Positions 29,187-38,151 of a stretch of 55,338 nucleotides of DNA are shown here, piece by piece (within the stretch, counting starts at the first letter, position 1; every line of letters starts with the position of its first letter). The notes below the pieces were generated by a model, which was not told where the DNA came from, did not search any database, and saw only the letters and a list, made by a program, of their open reading frames with translations. This DNA is from a candidate division Zixibacteria bacterium SM1_73 (GTDB lineage Bacteria > Zixibacteria > MSB-5A5 > SM1-73): assembly GCA_001304225.1 (NCBI GenBank), contig LJVD01000016.1, positions 1 through 55,338 of the forward strand. Direction: 5' to 3'. Made by a program: the position numbers and the translations under genes.

Positions 29187-29702
29187 TTAGTTTTTTACTT
29201 CTCTTTGCTTCATCAATTGGATGTAATCTAATTTGATGAACTCCTTTTTTGAAAATCCTAATGCCTGTGCGACTTTGACAATCTCGTTCCGTTCTCCTTC
29301 AAGTTCTAAGAATATTCCGAATGATGTTTCGTCCAAGCATATTTTTAAGCGGTGTATTCTGTATATCGACCGGTATTTTTTATATTTGAATGTAGGTACC
29401 AATCTCAGCTCTTTTAGAATCTTTTTTATGTTTTTTGTGCTTTTGACTTCACTTTGATATTCTTCCCGAATTTTGAATTTCCTGGATTTTTGAGGTGCAC
29501 CTTTGAAGGTTAAAAATGCTTTTTTATCCGCTGTGCGGAGTCTCAGTGCCTGATGCTTTCTATACAGGAGTTGATTTGGGAAGTCGTAAAGTGTGTTTTC
29601 CTCCAGGCAGCGATTTTTTATCAGCTCAGCGCCAAGTGATGTGATCTTATTTATTATCCCATCGATATCTTTTATCTCAATTTTGACTTCGATTTCTGTC
29701 AT
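29187..29702 (-). CDS. CYTH-domain protein (class IV adenylate cyclase-like)
   Basis: EIEVK, LRLR, LTFKG, REE, Y.K.R, LD...G.FLELE. Confidence 0.9.
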   Translation of the reverse strand: MTEIEVKIEIKDIDGIINKITSLGAELIKNRCLEENTLYDFPNQLLYRKHQALRLRTADKKAFLTFKGAPQKSRKFKIREEYQSEVKSTKNIKKILKELRLVPTFKYKKYRSIYRIHRLKICLDETSFGIFLELEGERNEIVKVAQALGFSKKEFIKLDYIQLMKQREVKN

Positions 29703-29747
29703 TTTTAATGCATGACGAATGGGTTAAAAAGCATAGAGGATGCCCTG

Positions 29748-30770
29748 TTATTTGTTCCTTTTGAGGATATAATCGGGGAACAAAGACAAAGCATCTCTGT
29801 AAATGGAGGGAGGCATTTTATGGATGAGGGCCTTGGAATGAAACGAATACTCTTGGGCTTTCTTCTTGGAATATTCTAGGGCTCCATTGGATCTGACAAT
29901 ATTCAAGATTTGATCGAGTGAAGTTGTATTCAGTTCTTTTCTCTTCAACAAGTTTGTGATGCGTTTGCGGTTTATTTTGCCGTCATTGTTAAGCGTATAA
30001 ATCAAGGGAAGCGTTATCCGGCCTTCCCTGAGATCAGAGAGGACCGGTTTTCCCATCGTGTTTTCGTCTCCAGTGTAGTCCAAAAGATCGTCGACAATTT
30101 GAAAGGTCATTCCGAGGTTTGTCCCGAATTCTGCGAGGGTATTTTCTTCTTCTTCAGAAGCCATGCCCAGAATACCACCGATTCGACAGGAGGCTGAAAA
30201 AAGCGAGGCGGTCTTTTTCTTGATGATGTTCAGATAGTCATTTTCATCTAGGTCCAAATTCCAGCTAACATAATATTCGTCAAGTTCCCCTTCTATCATT
30301 TTTGATGATATATCAGTGAGGATTTGAACAATCCTTCTGTGCTTGCTCTCAAGGGATTGACTTATTGTTTTTATGTAAAGATAGTCTCCCAAAAGGACCG
30401 TGATGTTAGGTCCCCATCTGGAATGGACCGATTCTCTTCCTCTTCGAACCTCAGAGTTGTCGATAATGTCGTCATGTATGAGGCTGGCCGTATGTATGGT
30501 CTCCACGAGGCTAGACATGACGATATGCTCCTTCCCTTTGTATCCTCTGAGTTTTGCGCAGAGGATGAGAAGTGCAGGTCTTATTCTCTTGCCAGTGTTT
30601 TGAAAGAGATAGTTGCTTATTTCTGAGATGATTTTGTTGGGTGACGTGGTGAAGAGCTTCAATGTCTCTTCGACCTCATGTAAATCTTTACTGATATCAC
30701 GGTAGAGTTGTCGAAGGTGTGGAATTCTCTTGATCCGAGATTTGTCCGCTTGATCGATTATATCTCTCAT
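29748..30770 (-). CDS. Polyprenyl diphosphate synthase
   Basis: GKRIRP, FARM HDDIID..RRG, KTA, SARM QIVDDLLD, GKP..DL.EG..TLP. Confidence 0.95.
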   Translation of the reverse strand: MRDIIDQADKSRIKRIPHLRQLYRDISKDLHEVEETLKLFTTSPNKIISEISNYLFQNTGKRIRPALLILCAKLRGYKGKEHIVMSSLVETIHTASLIHDDIIDNSEVRRGRESVHSRWGPNITVLLGDYLYIKTISQSLESKHRRIVQILTDISSKMIEGELDEYYVSWNLDLDENDYLNIIKKKTASLFSASCRIGGILGMASEEEENTLAEFGTNLGMTFQIVDDLLDYTGDENTMGKPVLSDLREGRITLPLIYTLNNDGKINRKRITNLLKRKELNTTSLDQILNIVRSNGALEYSKKKAQEYSFHSKALIHKMPPSIYRDALSLFPDYILKRNK

Positions 30771-30811
30771 GGCTCCTTATCAGTTGCGGGACTATATTAA
30801 CATCTCAGTTT

Positions 30812-31594
30812 CTATATTTCAAACAGAAAAACAGATGAAAAATTTTGAGATGTTATGGTGGAAATTTCCTCCAGACTCGTTTGTTTTATATGTGCCAATG
30901 TTTGAGCGACTTCCTTCACATAAAGCGGTTCATTTCTTTTAATTTTCCCCCTGTGGGGAACAGGAACGAGATAAGGAGAGTCAGTTTCAATCAAAATTCT
31001 CTCCAAAGGAAGTTTTCGTGCGACTTCTCTTAAGGGATCGGCATTGGGATAAGTCAAGATCCCTGAGAAAGATACCCAGAAATTATAATCCATCATGAGT
31101 TTGGCAAATGACCAGTCTTCGGTAAAACAGTGGAGAACACCTCCTCTTGTGTAATTGAGTTCCTTGACAGAGGCTGCAATCTCTTTTCCTGCATTCCGAC
31201 TGTGGATGACGACAGGAAGACCCAGCTCCTGGGCCAAGTTTAATTGAGCATTGAAGGCTTCGATCTGGTCTTTTCGTGAGGATAAATTGTAGTGGAAATC
31301 TAGTCCAATCTCTCCTACGGCACAAATCTTTTTTTCGCGTGTCATTTCTTGGAGAGTCGTTGCGATGTCAGGATTGAAATTTCTGGCATGGTGAGGATGG
31401 ATCCCAGCCGCCGCAATAATATTTGGATAAGTGTCGATTAAATCCAGCGCAATCTCTGTATTTTTTTCCTCAGTGAGTTCTGCTGGACAGAGAAGAGCTT
31501 CGATCCCGCCCTGGAATGCCCGCTCGATGACCTGGATGCGGTCCTCATCGAATTCTGTGGTGTTGATGTGGGCATGGGAGTCAATAAAATGCAT
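30812..31594 (-). CDS. tatD: TatD-family hydrolase
   Basis: DSHAH, GIHPH, GEIGLD, HSR, HCF, ETDSPYL, NEP. Confidence 0.95.
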   Translation of the reverse strand: MHFIDSHAHINTTEFDEDRIQVIERAFQGGIEALLCPAELTEEKNTEIALDLIDTYPNIIAAAGIHPHHARNFNPDIATTLQEMTREKKICAVGEIGLDFHYNLSSRKDQIEAFNAQLNLAQELGLPVVIHSRNAGKEIAASVKELNYTRGGVLHCFTEDWSFAKLMMDYNFWVSFSGILTYPNADPLREVARKLPLERILIETDSPYLVPVPHRGKIKRNEPLYVKEVAQTLAHIKQTSLEEISTITSQNFSSVFLFEI

Positions 31595-31641
31595 CCTTTT
31601 TTCAGGAAACTTCTTCTGCTCTTCGCGGATATCGGGCTATC

Positions 31642-33414
31642 TTATTGCTCTAAGATTTTCTTTTTCAGATGGCGAAGGGGCAACGCCCCATGGCTGAGGA
31701 GTTCTTTGTAGAATTCCTTTTGGCTGAAGGAATCGCCTTTGAGCTGCTTATATTCTGTCTCCATATCTAAAATCTCTTGCACGCCTACGTAGGCGTAGGC
31801 CGCATCTCCGGGAAGAAGCAGGATGCGATTCCATTTTCTTTCAGCCTCGGCTTCGGTCTGGAAGCCGACCCTCATCATGTAGTTTATGGCGTCTTCTTTG
31901 GTCCAGTTGCCTTCGTGGATTTGGAATTCAGCAATAAAGTCTGTGACAATTCTGAGCTTGAATTTGAGCTGATTAAGACGGCGTCTGAGGTCATAATTTC
32001 CGAAGCCTTCAAAGATCAACTTCTCTTCGAGCGGAATGGACCAGCCCTTTATAAGAGGCAAGCTGGGATACAGTTTTTCCAGCAGCGAGGAGTTTTGGTT
32101 GGCGTAAAAGTAGGGGATGAATGTTCCTGGATAGATCGTGCGGATCGTGTAGAAGTAAAGGAGATAATTGTTGTATTCTTCAAGGAATGATGTGATTTGT
32201 TGCTCGTTCCAGTCCTCGGGAAAAGGCGTTATCTGAGCTGTGAAATTTTGCGACGTCTCGTAAGCCCCAGGAGTGACGAATCGTGTCCATGTTATTCCCT
32301 GATATTCTGCAGGCATAGGCTCGATATTCAAATCCATATCAGGCAGATCGATTAGTTGTTTCTCATTGAGGAAGCTTTTTATTTCCTCTGTCATAGATCG
32401 AATCTTATCTAAAAATTCATCTTTGGAGACATGTTCTTCCTTAATCTTATCTAAAACGCCTTTAATGATGATCCGACGTGCTTCGTTTTCACCTCTTTGG
32501 GAAGTGAGCTGCTGCATGTCGACATCGGGATACATCAATCTGTACAAGGGGAGACAGACTATGGCCATTTCCACTTCCGTTATGTTTTTGACGTCAGCTC
32601 TTGCTCTCTCGACAAGCTCTTGGATGGGGATGTTGTTCTGGAGAGTCAAACGCAGGAACCTTACATGTGCTTCCCCGAGACGGAAGTTCCCAGCCGATTT
32701 GGGGAGGAGCTCGTTTCTAAGATAGTTCTGGTAATCTTCCAGGGCAGGGATGACTTTCCCCAGCTCGGAGAGGAGTTTGGTTCTCTGGTTTTCGGGGACC
32801 TGTGAGGCCAATGTCGGCAGTTCGGTTCTGAAGATTTCAAAAATAGCAGGGAATTGCTTTATGGCTGTCTCGGTTGAGATTTGAGTGGGATTCTTTAAGA
32901 TTTCCTTAGCTTGCTTGATGAGCTTTGGAAGATCTTTCAGCCTATCAGTGGCATTCTTGGCCCGCGTATCAAGGGGTGCAAATTCATTTTTCAGAAGAGG
33001 CCGTACACAGTTTATGAATATCGTGTTATAGAAAAGAGGATCATATTCCCATGGGATGAGTTGCTCGAATTTCAATCGTTCTGAGTCGAGAGCATCCATG
33101 AGCATTTCATGGGTGATCTGGAATTCTGGACTCATCTTTGTCCTGTCTACTTTGGTTACTAAATCCTGGTTGAACTTATCCAGCTCCTCCATACGTTTTT
33201 CGACGTTTTTCTCCCCGAAGTCTCCAAGTTTGTTGTCGTATCTATGAAACCCGGCCATAGTGCCTGCTGTGGGGTAGAATTTCCATAGAGCATCCATATA
33301 TTCCTCGAATATTTTCTGCAGCTTCCCGTCCTCTTCGTTTTGCTGAGACCATACAATTCCCGTGCTTGATAGGACGAAGATGAAGATGAAGATCGATATG
33401 ACGATTTTCCTCAT
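31642..33414 (-). CDS. Exported DUF885-family protein
   Basis: Signal peptide; P..GT..G...YD..L.D, IYPG, GW, E..R....PG.A.AY..G, F...LL.HGALPL. Confidence 0.82.
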   Translation of the reverse strand: MRKIVISIFIFIFVLSSTGIVWSQQNEEDGKLQKIFEEYMDALWKFYPTAGTMAGFHRYDNKLGDFGEKNVEKRMEELDKFNQDLVTKVDRTKMSPEFQITHEMLMDALDSERLKFEQLIPWEYDPLFYNTIFINCVRPLLKNEFAPLDTRAKNATDRLKDLPKLIKQAKEILKNPTQISTETAIKQFPAIFEIFRTELPTLASQVPENQRTKLLSELGKVIPALEDYQNYLRNELLPKSAGNFRLGEAHVRFLRLTLQNNIPIQELVERARADVKNITEVEMAIVCLPLYRLMYPDVDMQQLTSQRGENEARRIIIKGVLDKIKEEHVSKDEFLDKIRSMTEEIKSFLNEKQLIDLPDMDLNIEPMPAEYQGITWTRFVTPGAYETSQNFTAQITPFPEDWNEQQITSFLEEYNNYLLYFYTIRTIYPGTFIPYFYANQNSSLLEKLYPSLPLIKGWSIPLEEKLIFEGFGNYDLRRRLNQLKFKLRIVTDFIAEFQIHEGNWTKEDAINYMMRVGFQTEAEAERKWNRILLLPGDAAYAYVGVQEILDMETEYKQLKGDSFSQKEFYKELLSHGALPLRHLKKKILEQ

Positions 33415-33537
33415 TGAACCCTCCTCTGAGCGTGCTTTTTTGTGTTCATATTAATCGTTGACGCAGAAAAAATATAGTATGACATCCTACCACAAAATAA
33501 TCTTTAAAAGCAATAACTTGCCCTTCTATCCTCATGT

Positions 33538-34539
33538 TCACCATCGGATAACTGCAGAGGCCCAAGTGAATCCTGAGCCAAAGGCGGTGAGCACAACAAG
33601 ATCACCAGCCTTAATTCTTCCCTCCTCTACAGCTTCATCGAGAGCGATGGGAATCGAAGCAGCGGTTGTGTTTCCGTAACGGTCGATGTTTCTGATGACT
33701 TTTTCAACAGGGATCCTCAGATTTCTGGCGACCATTAGGCTGATCCTGTCATTGGCCTGATGGGGAATCAAATGGTCCACATCCTCGATCGTCAGTCCGT
33801 TTTGTTTGAGTGCTGCCTGCACAGCTTCAGGCATTTTTTCAACAGCATTTTTAAAGACAGTTCGTCCGTCCATTCGGGGATAGAATTTCTTGTCGGCCAA
33901 CAATTCCTTGGCAAAGGTAGGATGATCGTAAGGGGAAGGTTTTTCCATCCATAAATCAGACGCATTCTTTCCATCTGAAAAAAGGTGAGTGGAAAGAATT
34001 CCCATTTCTCCTTGGGAATTACTGGCTTCTATAATGGCAGCCCCTCCTCCATCTCCGAAAAGGACAGCCATATCTCTGCCTTCGTCTGAATAATCCAGAT
34101 TAGAGGATTGTTTTTCTGCGGCTACAAGCAAGATTTTTTTGTAAGTACCTGCTTTTATATACTGATCAGCAACAGACAGACCGTAGATGAAGCCGCAGCA
34201 CTGGTTTCTGACATCAAGCGCTCCGATTTGAGAAAGCCCTAGCTTCGCCTGTACAAGCACCCCAATGCCTGGGAAGTAATGGTCCGGCGAAAGAGTCGCT
34301 GCGATGATAAAGTCTATTTTGGATTTCTCTATTTGGGCGTTCTCAATAGCTTTCAATGCAGCTTCATAAGCGAGATCGGAACTGCCGACGCCAGCTTCGG
34401 CATAGCGTCTTTCACCTATCCCGGATCTCTGTCGGATCCACTCATCCGTTGTATTCATTTTTTTCTCTAGGTCAAAATTGGAGATAATTCGAGGAGGAAG
34501 GAAACGTCCAGTTCCTGTGATTATCGAACGATTTCTCAT
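33538..34539 (-). CDS. fabH: 3-oxoacyl-ACP synthase III
   Basis: WI..RSGI.ERR, catalytic Cys (QCCGF), LFGDG, HQAN, GNT.AASIP, FGSG..W. Confidence 0.95.
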   Translation of the reverse strand: MRNRSIITGTGRFLPPRIISNFDLEKKMNTTDEWIRQRSGIGERRYAEAGVGSSDLAYEAALKAIENAQIEKSKIDFIIAATLSPDHYFPGIGVLVQAKLGLSQIGALDVRNQCCGFIYGLSVADQYIKAGTYKKILLVAAEKQSSNLDYSDEGRDMAVLFGDGGGAAIIEASNSQGEMGILSTHLFSDGKNASDLWMEKPSPYDHPTFAKELLADKKFYPRMDGRTVFKNAVEKMPEAVQAALKQNGLTIEDVDHLIPHQANDRISLMVARNLRIPVEKVIRNIDRYGNTTAASIPIALDEAVEEGRIKAGDLVVLTAFGSGFTWASAVIRW

Positions 34540-34737
34540 TTTATACGATGCAAATTATAAGAGATGGTTTCAGAAAAATAAAGAGAATTCTAGATGTTAT
34601 TATTTATTCTCTTTCCGCTTGTTTAATCACTGGCGAGACTGCCACAAAGACAGAAACACTCACAAGAAAAAGTGTGCCTTGACTCGAGGATTCCTTGAGA
34701 GTAATATTTGAATAAGCGGAATGTTTGAGGAGTCTTA

Positions 34738-35211
34738 TTGAAAAGAATAGTATTCAGCTTGGTCTTCTTATCCTTCATTTATCTGTTGACAGGGGCTCAG
34801 CAAGAAGAAGCATGTTTGAGAGTGGAAGCCTCTATACGCCCTCGATGGCTTTCGAGAGGACAAGAAGGAAAAGTCATCATTAAAATAATACTAGCCAAGG
34901 GAATTACCATCAATCCCCAACCCTCCTTTGTTATCGAATGCACCCCATCGCAGGAACTCATTTTCCCAAAAAATTTTTTTAGTGCTTCGGATTTAGAGAT
35001 CGAAATCAAGGAAGAAAATAGCCAGGAAATTTTAAACCTCGAAAAGCCTATCGAGATCCCATTCACTGTAAATTTAGAAGCCAAAAGAGGCAATCACACC
35101 TTCGAAGGAAAGATTAAATATTTTGCCTTCTCTAAAGAGGAGGATTGGTGCCTAAAGAGCACAGAGAAATTTTCTGCCTCCTTTTACACCCGGAGCACAA
35201 GAATTAAATAG
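34738..35211 (+). CDS. Exported DsbD N-terminal-like (Ig-like) domain protein
   Basis: Signal peptide, TTG start after GAGGAG; G..IN, FP, G.I.Y...S....WC pattern; promoter TTGACT-17-TAATAT upstream. Confidence 0.55.
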   Translation: MKRIVFSLVFLSFIYLLTGAQQEEACLRVEASIRPRWLSRGQEGKVIIKIILAKGITINPQPSFVIECTPSQELIFPKNFFSASDLEIEIKEENSQEILNLEKPIEIPFTVNLEAKRGNHTFEGKIKYFAFSKEEDWCLKSTEKFSASFYTRSTRIK

Positions 35212-35243
35212 AGAACAGGGTTGAAGATGGGAGGGATTGCTGA

Positions 35244-36219
35244 TTACAGCCAGCCTTGGTCAATATACCAGGTCAGACTTTTTTGGAGTCCTTCTTGAAT
35301 CGAAAATTTAAGTGAGAAGGCAAGACGTTCCTCTGCTTTTTTTGTATCAATGATCCAACCCGGTTGTCTCATTTCCCTCAGTCTTCTCCGGTCGAACGTA
35401 GTTGTTCTTTTTCTTAAGTTCGATAATCCCTCTGAAATCAAGGCTATGGGATAGAGCAGACAGAGGGGGAATTTCACTGAAAATAACTTTTTTCCTAATA
35501 TTTTCCCTGCTTCCCTTCCCAATTCATCCCAGGTATAGGGTTGCGGGTCAGCGATATTGAAGATTTCACCTGATTCGATATCTTTTTGGAGGCAGAGATC
35601 GAAAGCATGGACGAGATCTTCAATATAGCATAAGCTCAGCCTTCGCCTTTTGAATGCGAGGGAAGGGAGGATTCCTTTGTTTATGATTTTGAAATAGGAG
35701 AGAAAGTCTTTATCTCGAGGACCGAAAACTGCTCCCACTCGGATGATGATGAGGGAAAAGTTATTTCTAAATTTCAAAGCTTCTTTCTCGCCGAGCAGCT
35801 TGCTCTCGCCATATGGATGTATGGGATGTGGTTTATCGTTTTCTTTGATGGGAATTTTCTCAGCTGATGGGCCCGATGCAGCGATGCTGCTGAGGTATAT
35901 GATCTTTCTAGGCGATATCTTCTGTCTCTGGAGAGTCTGAAAAAGACTTGCTGTCCCGTGTTGGTTTACTGTATAATAATCAGCCAATTTGCGAGCTTTC
36001 GTGATTCCTGCAATGTGGAAAAACATAGTCGATGTCAGAAGGAAGAGAGGGTAAAGTAAATAGATCTCCTTTCAAGAGATGGACATCGAGGCCGGTCAAC
36101 CATTTGAGGTTCGTAGGGTCTCGGACTAAAGCATATACCTCTGCACCTTTATTTTCTAGTAAATAGTCGATGAGGTGGCTTCCGATAAAGCCGGTTCCGC
36201 CTGTGACAAACGCTCTCAT
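35244..36219 (-). CDS. NAD-dependent epimerase/dehydratase, frameshifted at ~36021
   Basis: MRAFVTGGTGFIGSHL at 36219; one extra base in the A5 run 36019-36023 breaks DYVFHIAG; SSIAA, YGESK, GPRD. Confidence 0.9.
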
Positions 36220-36277
36220 TGGTAAGATTGTATGAAAATAAATAGAGAGGGTCAAACCTGAAAGAAGTGGTCTTTGG

Positions 36278-38083
36278 ATGAAAAGAAAAATAAATGCATT
36301 TTTACTGACGTTTTTGCTCCTCTGCGGTTTTGCTGTTGCCGAGGAATCCTCTATCAGCATCCTTCCACTCGACCAGATAAAACCAGGTATGAAGGGGACG
36401 GGACGAACCGTTTTTAAGGGAGATAAGATCGAAGAGTTCGGTGTGGAGATCCTTGGAATCCTGCATAATTTTCAACCCAGACGAAATTTGATCCTTGCCA
36501 AGCTTGAAAGTGAAGTACTGGATGAAGCAGGCGTGATTGAAGGAATGAGTGGGAGTCCGGTTTATGTGGGTGAAAAACTCATCGGAGCCGTGGCCTATTC
36601 AGTCGGAGCTTTTGCCAAAGAAGCCATAGCAGGAATCACGCCCATCGGCGAAATGCTTGCCATTTCCCCTGAGAAAGGCCCTGCGTCCTCCTTTGCGCCA
36701 CGGATGCAGGTCTTAAGCCATTTGACCTTGGATGAGCTTTTTGAATTGAATAAGGAACGTTTCCAGCTCCCTTTAGCAGAAGCCGAGGGACGATTAGTGA
36801 AACCTTTGAGTATCCCTCTCGTTTTCAGCGGATTTTCTCCTTATGTATTTGAGAAGGCAAAAGCCAATTTCTCACGTATGGGTTTCACACCCATTCAATC
36901 AGGATCACAAGGGCAGATTCAGCCTGAAATGTCCTCCTCGGGCCTGACTCTTCAACCTGGATCTCCTATTGGTGTTCAACTCATCAAGGGAGACATAAAT
37001 GTTTCCTATTTGGGAACAGTAACTCATGTGGATGGAAATAGCGTCTTAGCCTTCGGACATCCTGTGTTTAACCTGGGTCCAGTCGATCTTGCGATGACCA
37101 AAGCGAGAGTGATAACTGTCCTGCCAAGCCTCATGCTGTCCTCCTGGTTGGCTGTCTCGGATGTTACTATCGGAAGGTTCGTACAAGACAGGACAGCGGG
37201 TATTCTTGGTGAGTTGGGCAAGATGCCTAAGTTCATCCCAATAAATTTCAAAATTCTGGATGTGGAATCCGGAGAAAGAGAATTTAAGATCCAGGTGGCC
37301 AATGACAAAATCCTGACTCCTTTCCTTGTTAATCTTGCTGCAGCCAGTGTTATATCATCAGAAGAGCGGGGGATTGGAGATCTGACTCTTGAACTGAATG
37401 GTGTCATCTATTTAGATAACGGTATGAATGTCCGGCTCGAAGACCTCTTTTCCGGGAATTTCGATATGGCTTCGACCAATTTGTCCGGCCTTGTCACAGC
37501 GGTCGTCTATATGCTAACCACAAATGAGTTCATAGAATTGGGCATTCACAGCATCGACCTCAACATAACAGTAGCCGAAGAAGTGAGATTCGCCTATCTT
37601 GAGAAAGTGTGGTTGGAGAAGTACGAAGCCTACCCGGGTGAGCGGGTGCGGATGAAAGTCTATTACAGGAATTTTAGAGGAAACACCGTAGAGGAAGAGT
37701 TCCCGCTTCCTATCCCTAACCTTCCTTCAGGATCGGAGTTCAGCCTGGTTGTTGGAGATGCTGTCTCCTTGCAGAGTATCGAGTTCCGCCAGTACAGGAC
37801 GACATCGTTTGTCCCACGAAGCCTTTATCAGCTTGTCAGAATGCTGAACAGTCTGAGGAGGCACAATTACATTTATTTCAAGATTATCGCAACCAAACCT
37901 GGCCTTTTTCTCCGAGGGGAAGAGATGCCGAATCTTCCACCAACCATGAAGTCCATGTTTTCCTCGCCGCGGGCGGCTTCATCTCCTCCTATAGAGATCA
38001 CCAGGTCTACTCTAGGCGAATACCGGCATGTTATCCCTTATGTTTTTAACGGCCTTGCCGTGATTCCGATCAAAATAAAATAA
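36278..38083 (+). CDS. SpoIVB-like peptidase S55 domain protein, exported
   Basis: Signal peptide; GMKG.G.TVF.G, EGMSGSPV (catalytic Ser motif), LIGAVAY, AFGHP, QDR.AGI.G. Confidence 0.88.
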   Translation: MKRKINAFLLTFLLLCGFAVAEESSISILPLDQIKPGMKGTGRTVFKGDKIEEFGVEILGILHNFQPRRNLILAKLESEVLDEAGVIEGMSGSPVYVGEKLIGAVAYSVGAFAKEAIAGITPIGEMLAISPEKGPASSFAPRMQVLSHLTLDELFELNKERFQLPLAEAEGRLVKPLSIPLVFSGFSPYVFEKAKANFSRMGFTPIQSGSQGQIQPEMSSSGLTLQPGSPIGVQLIKGDINVSYLGTVTHVDGNSVLAFGHPVFNLGPVDLAMTKARVITVLPSLMLSSWLAVSDVTIGRFVQDRTAGILGELGKMPKFIPINFKILDVESGEREFKIQVANDKILTPFLVNLAAASVISSEERGIGDLTLELNGVIYLDNGMNVRLEDLFSGNFDMASTNLSGLVTAVVYMLTTNEFIELGIHSIDLNITVAEEVRFAYLEKVWLEKYEAYPGERVRMKVYYRNFRGNTVEEEFPLPIPNLPSGSEFSLVVGDAVSLQSIEFRQYRTTSFVPRSLYQLVRMLNSLRRHNYIYFKIIATKPGLFLRGEEMPNLPPTMKSMFSSPRAASSPPIEITRSTLGEYRHVIPYVFNGLAVIPIKIK

Positions 38084-38119
38084 GGCTTGTTTTCTGTTGT
38101 GGACTTCTGAAGACGGAAT

Positions 38120-38144
38120 TCAGGAGATCAGGAGATCAGGAGAT
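38120..38144 (+). repeat. Triple tandem 8-mer TCAGGAGA containing three AGGAG Shine-Dalgarno motifs
   Basis: TCAGGAGA x3 directly before the ATG at 38152. Confidence 0.85.
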
Positions 38145-38151
38145 TGATGGA

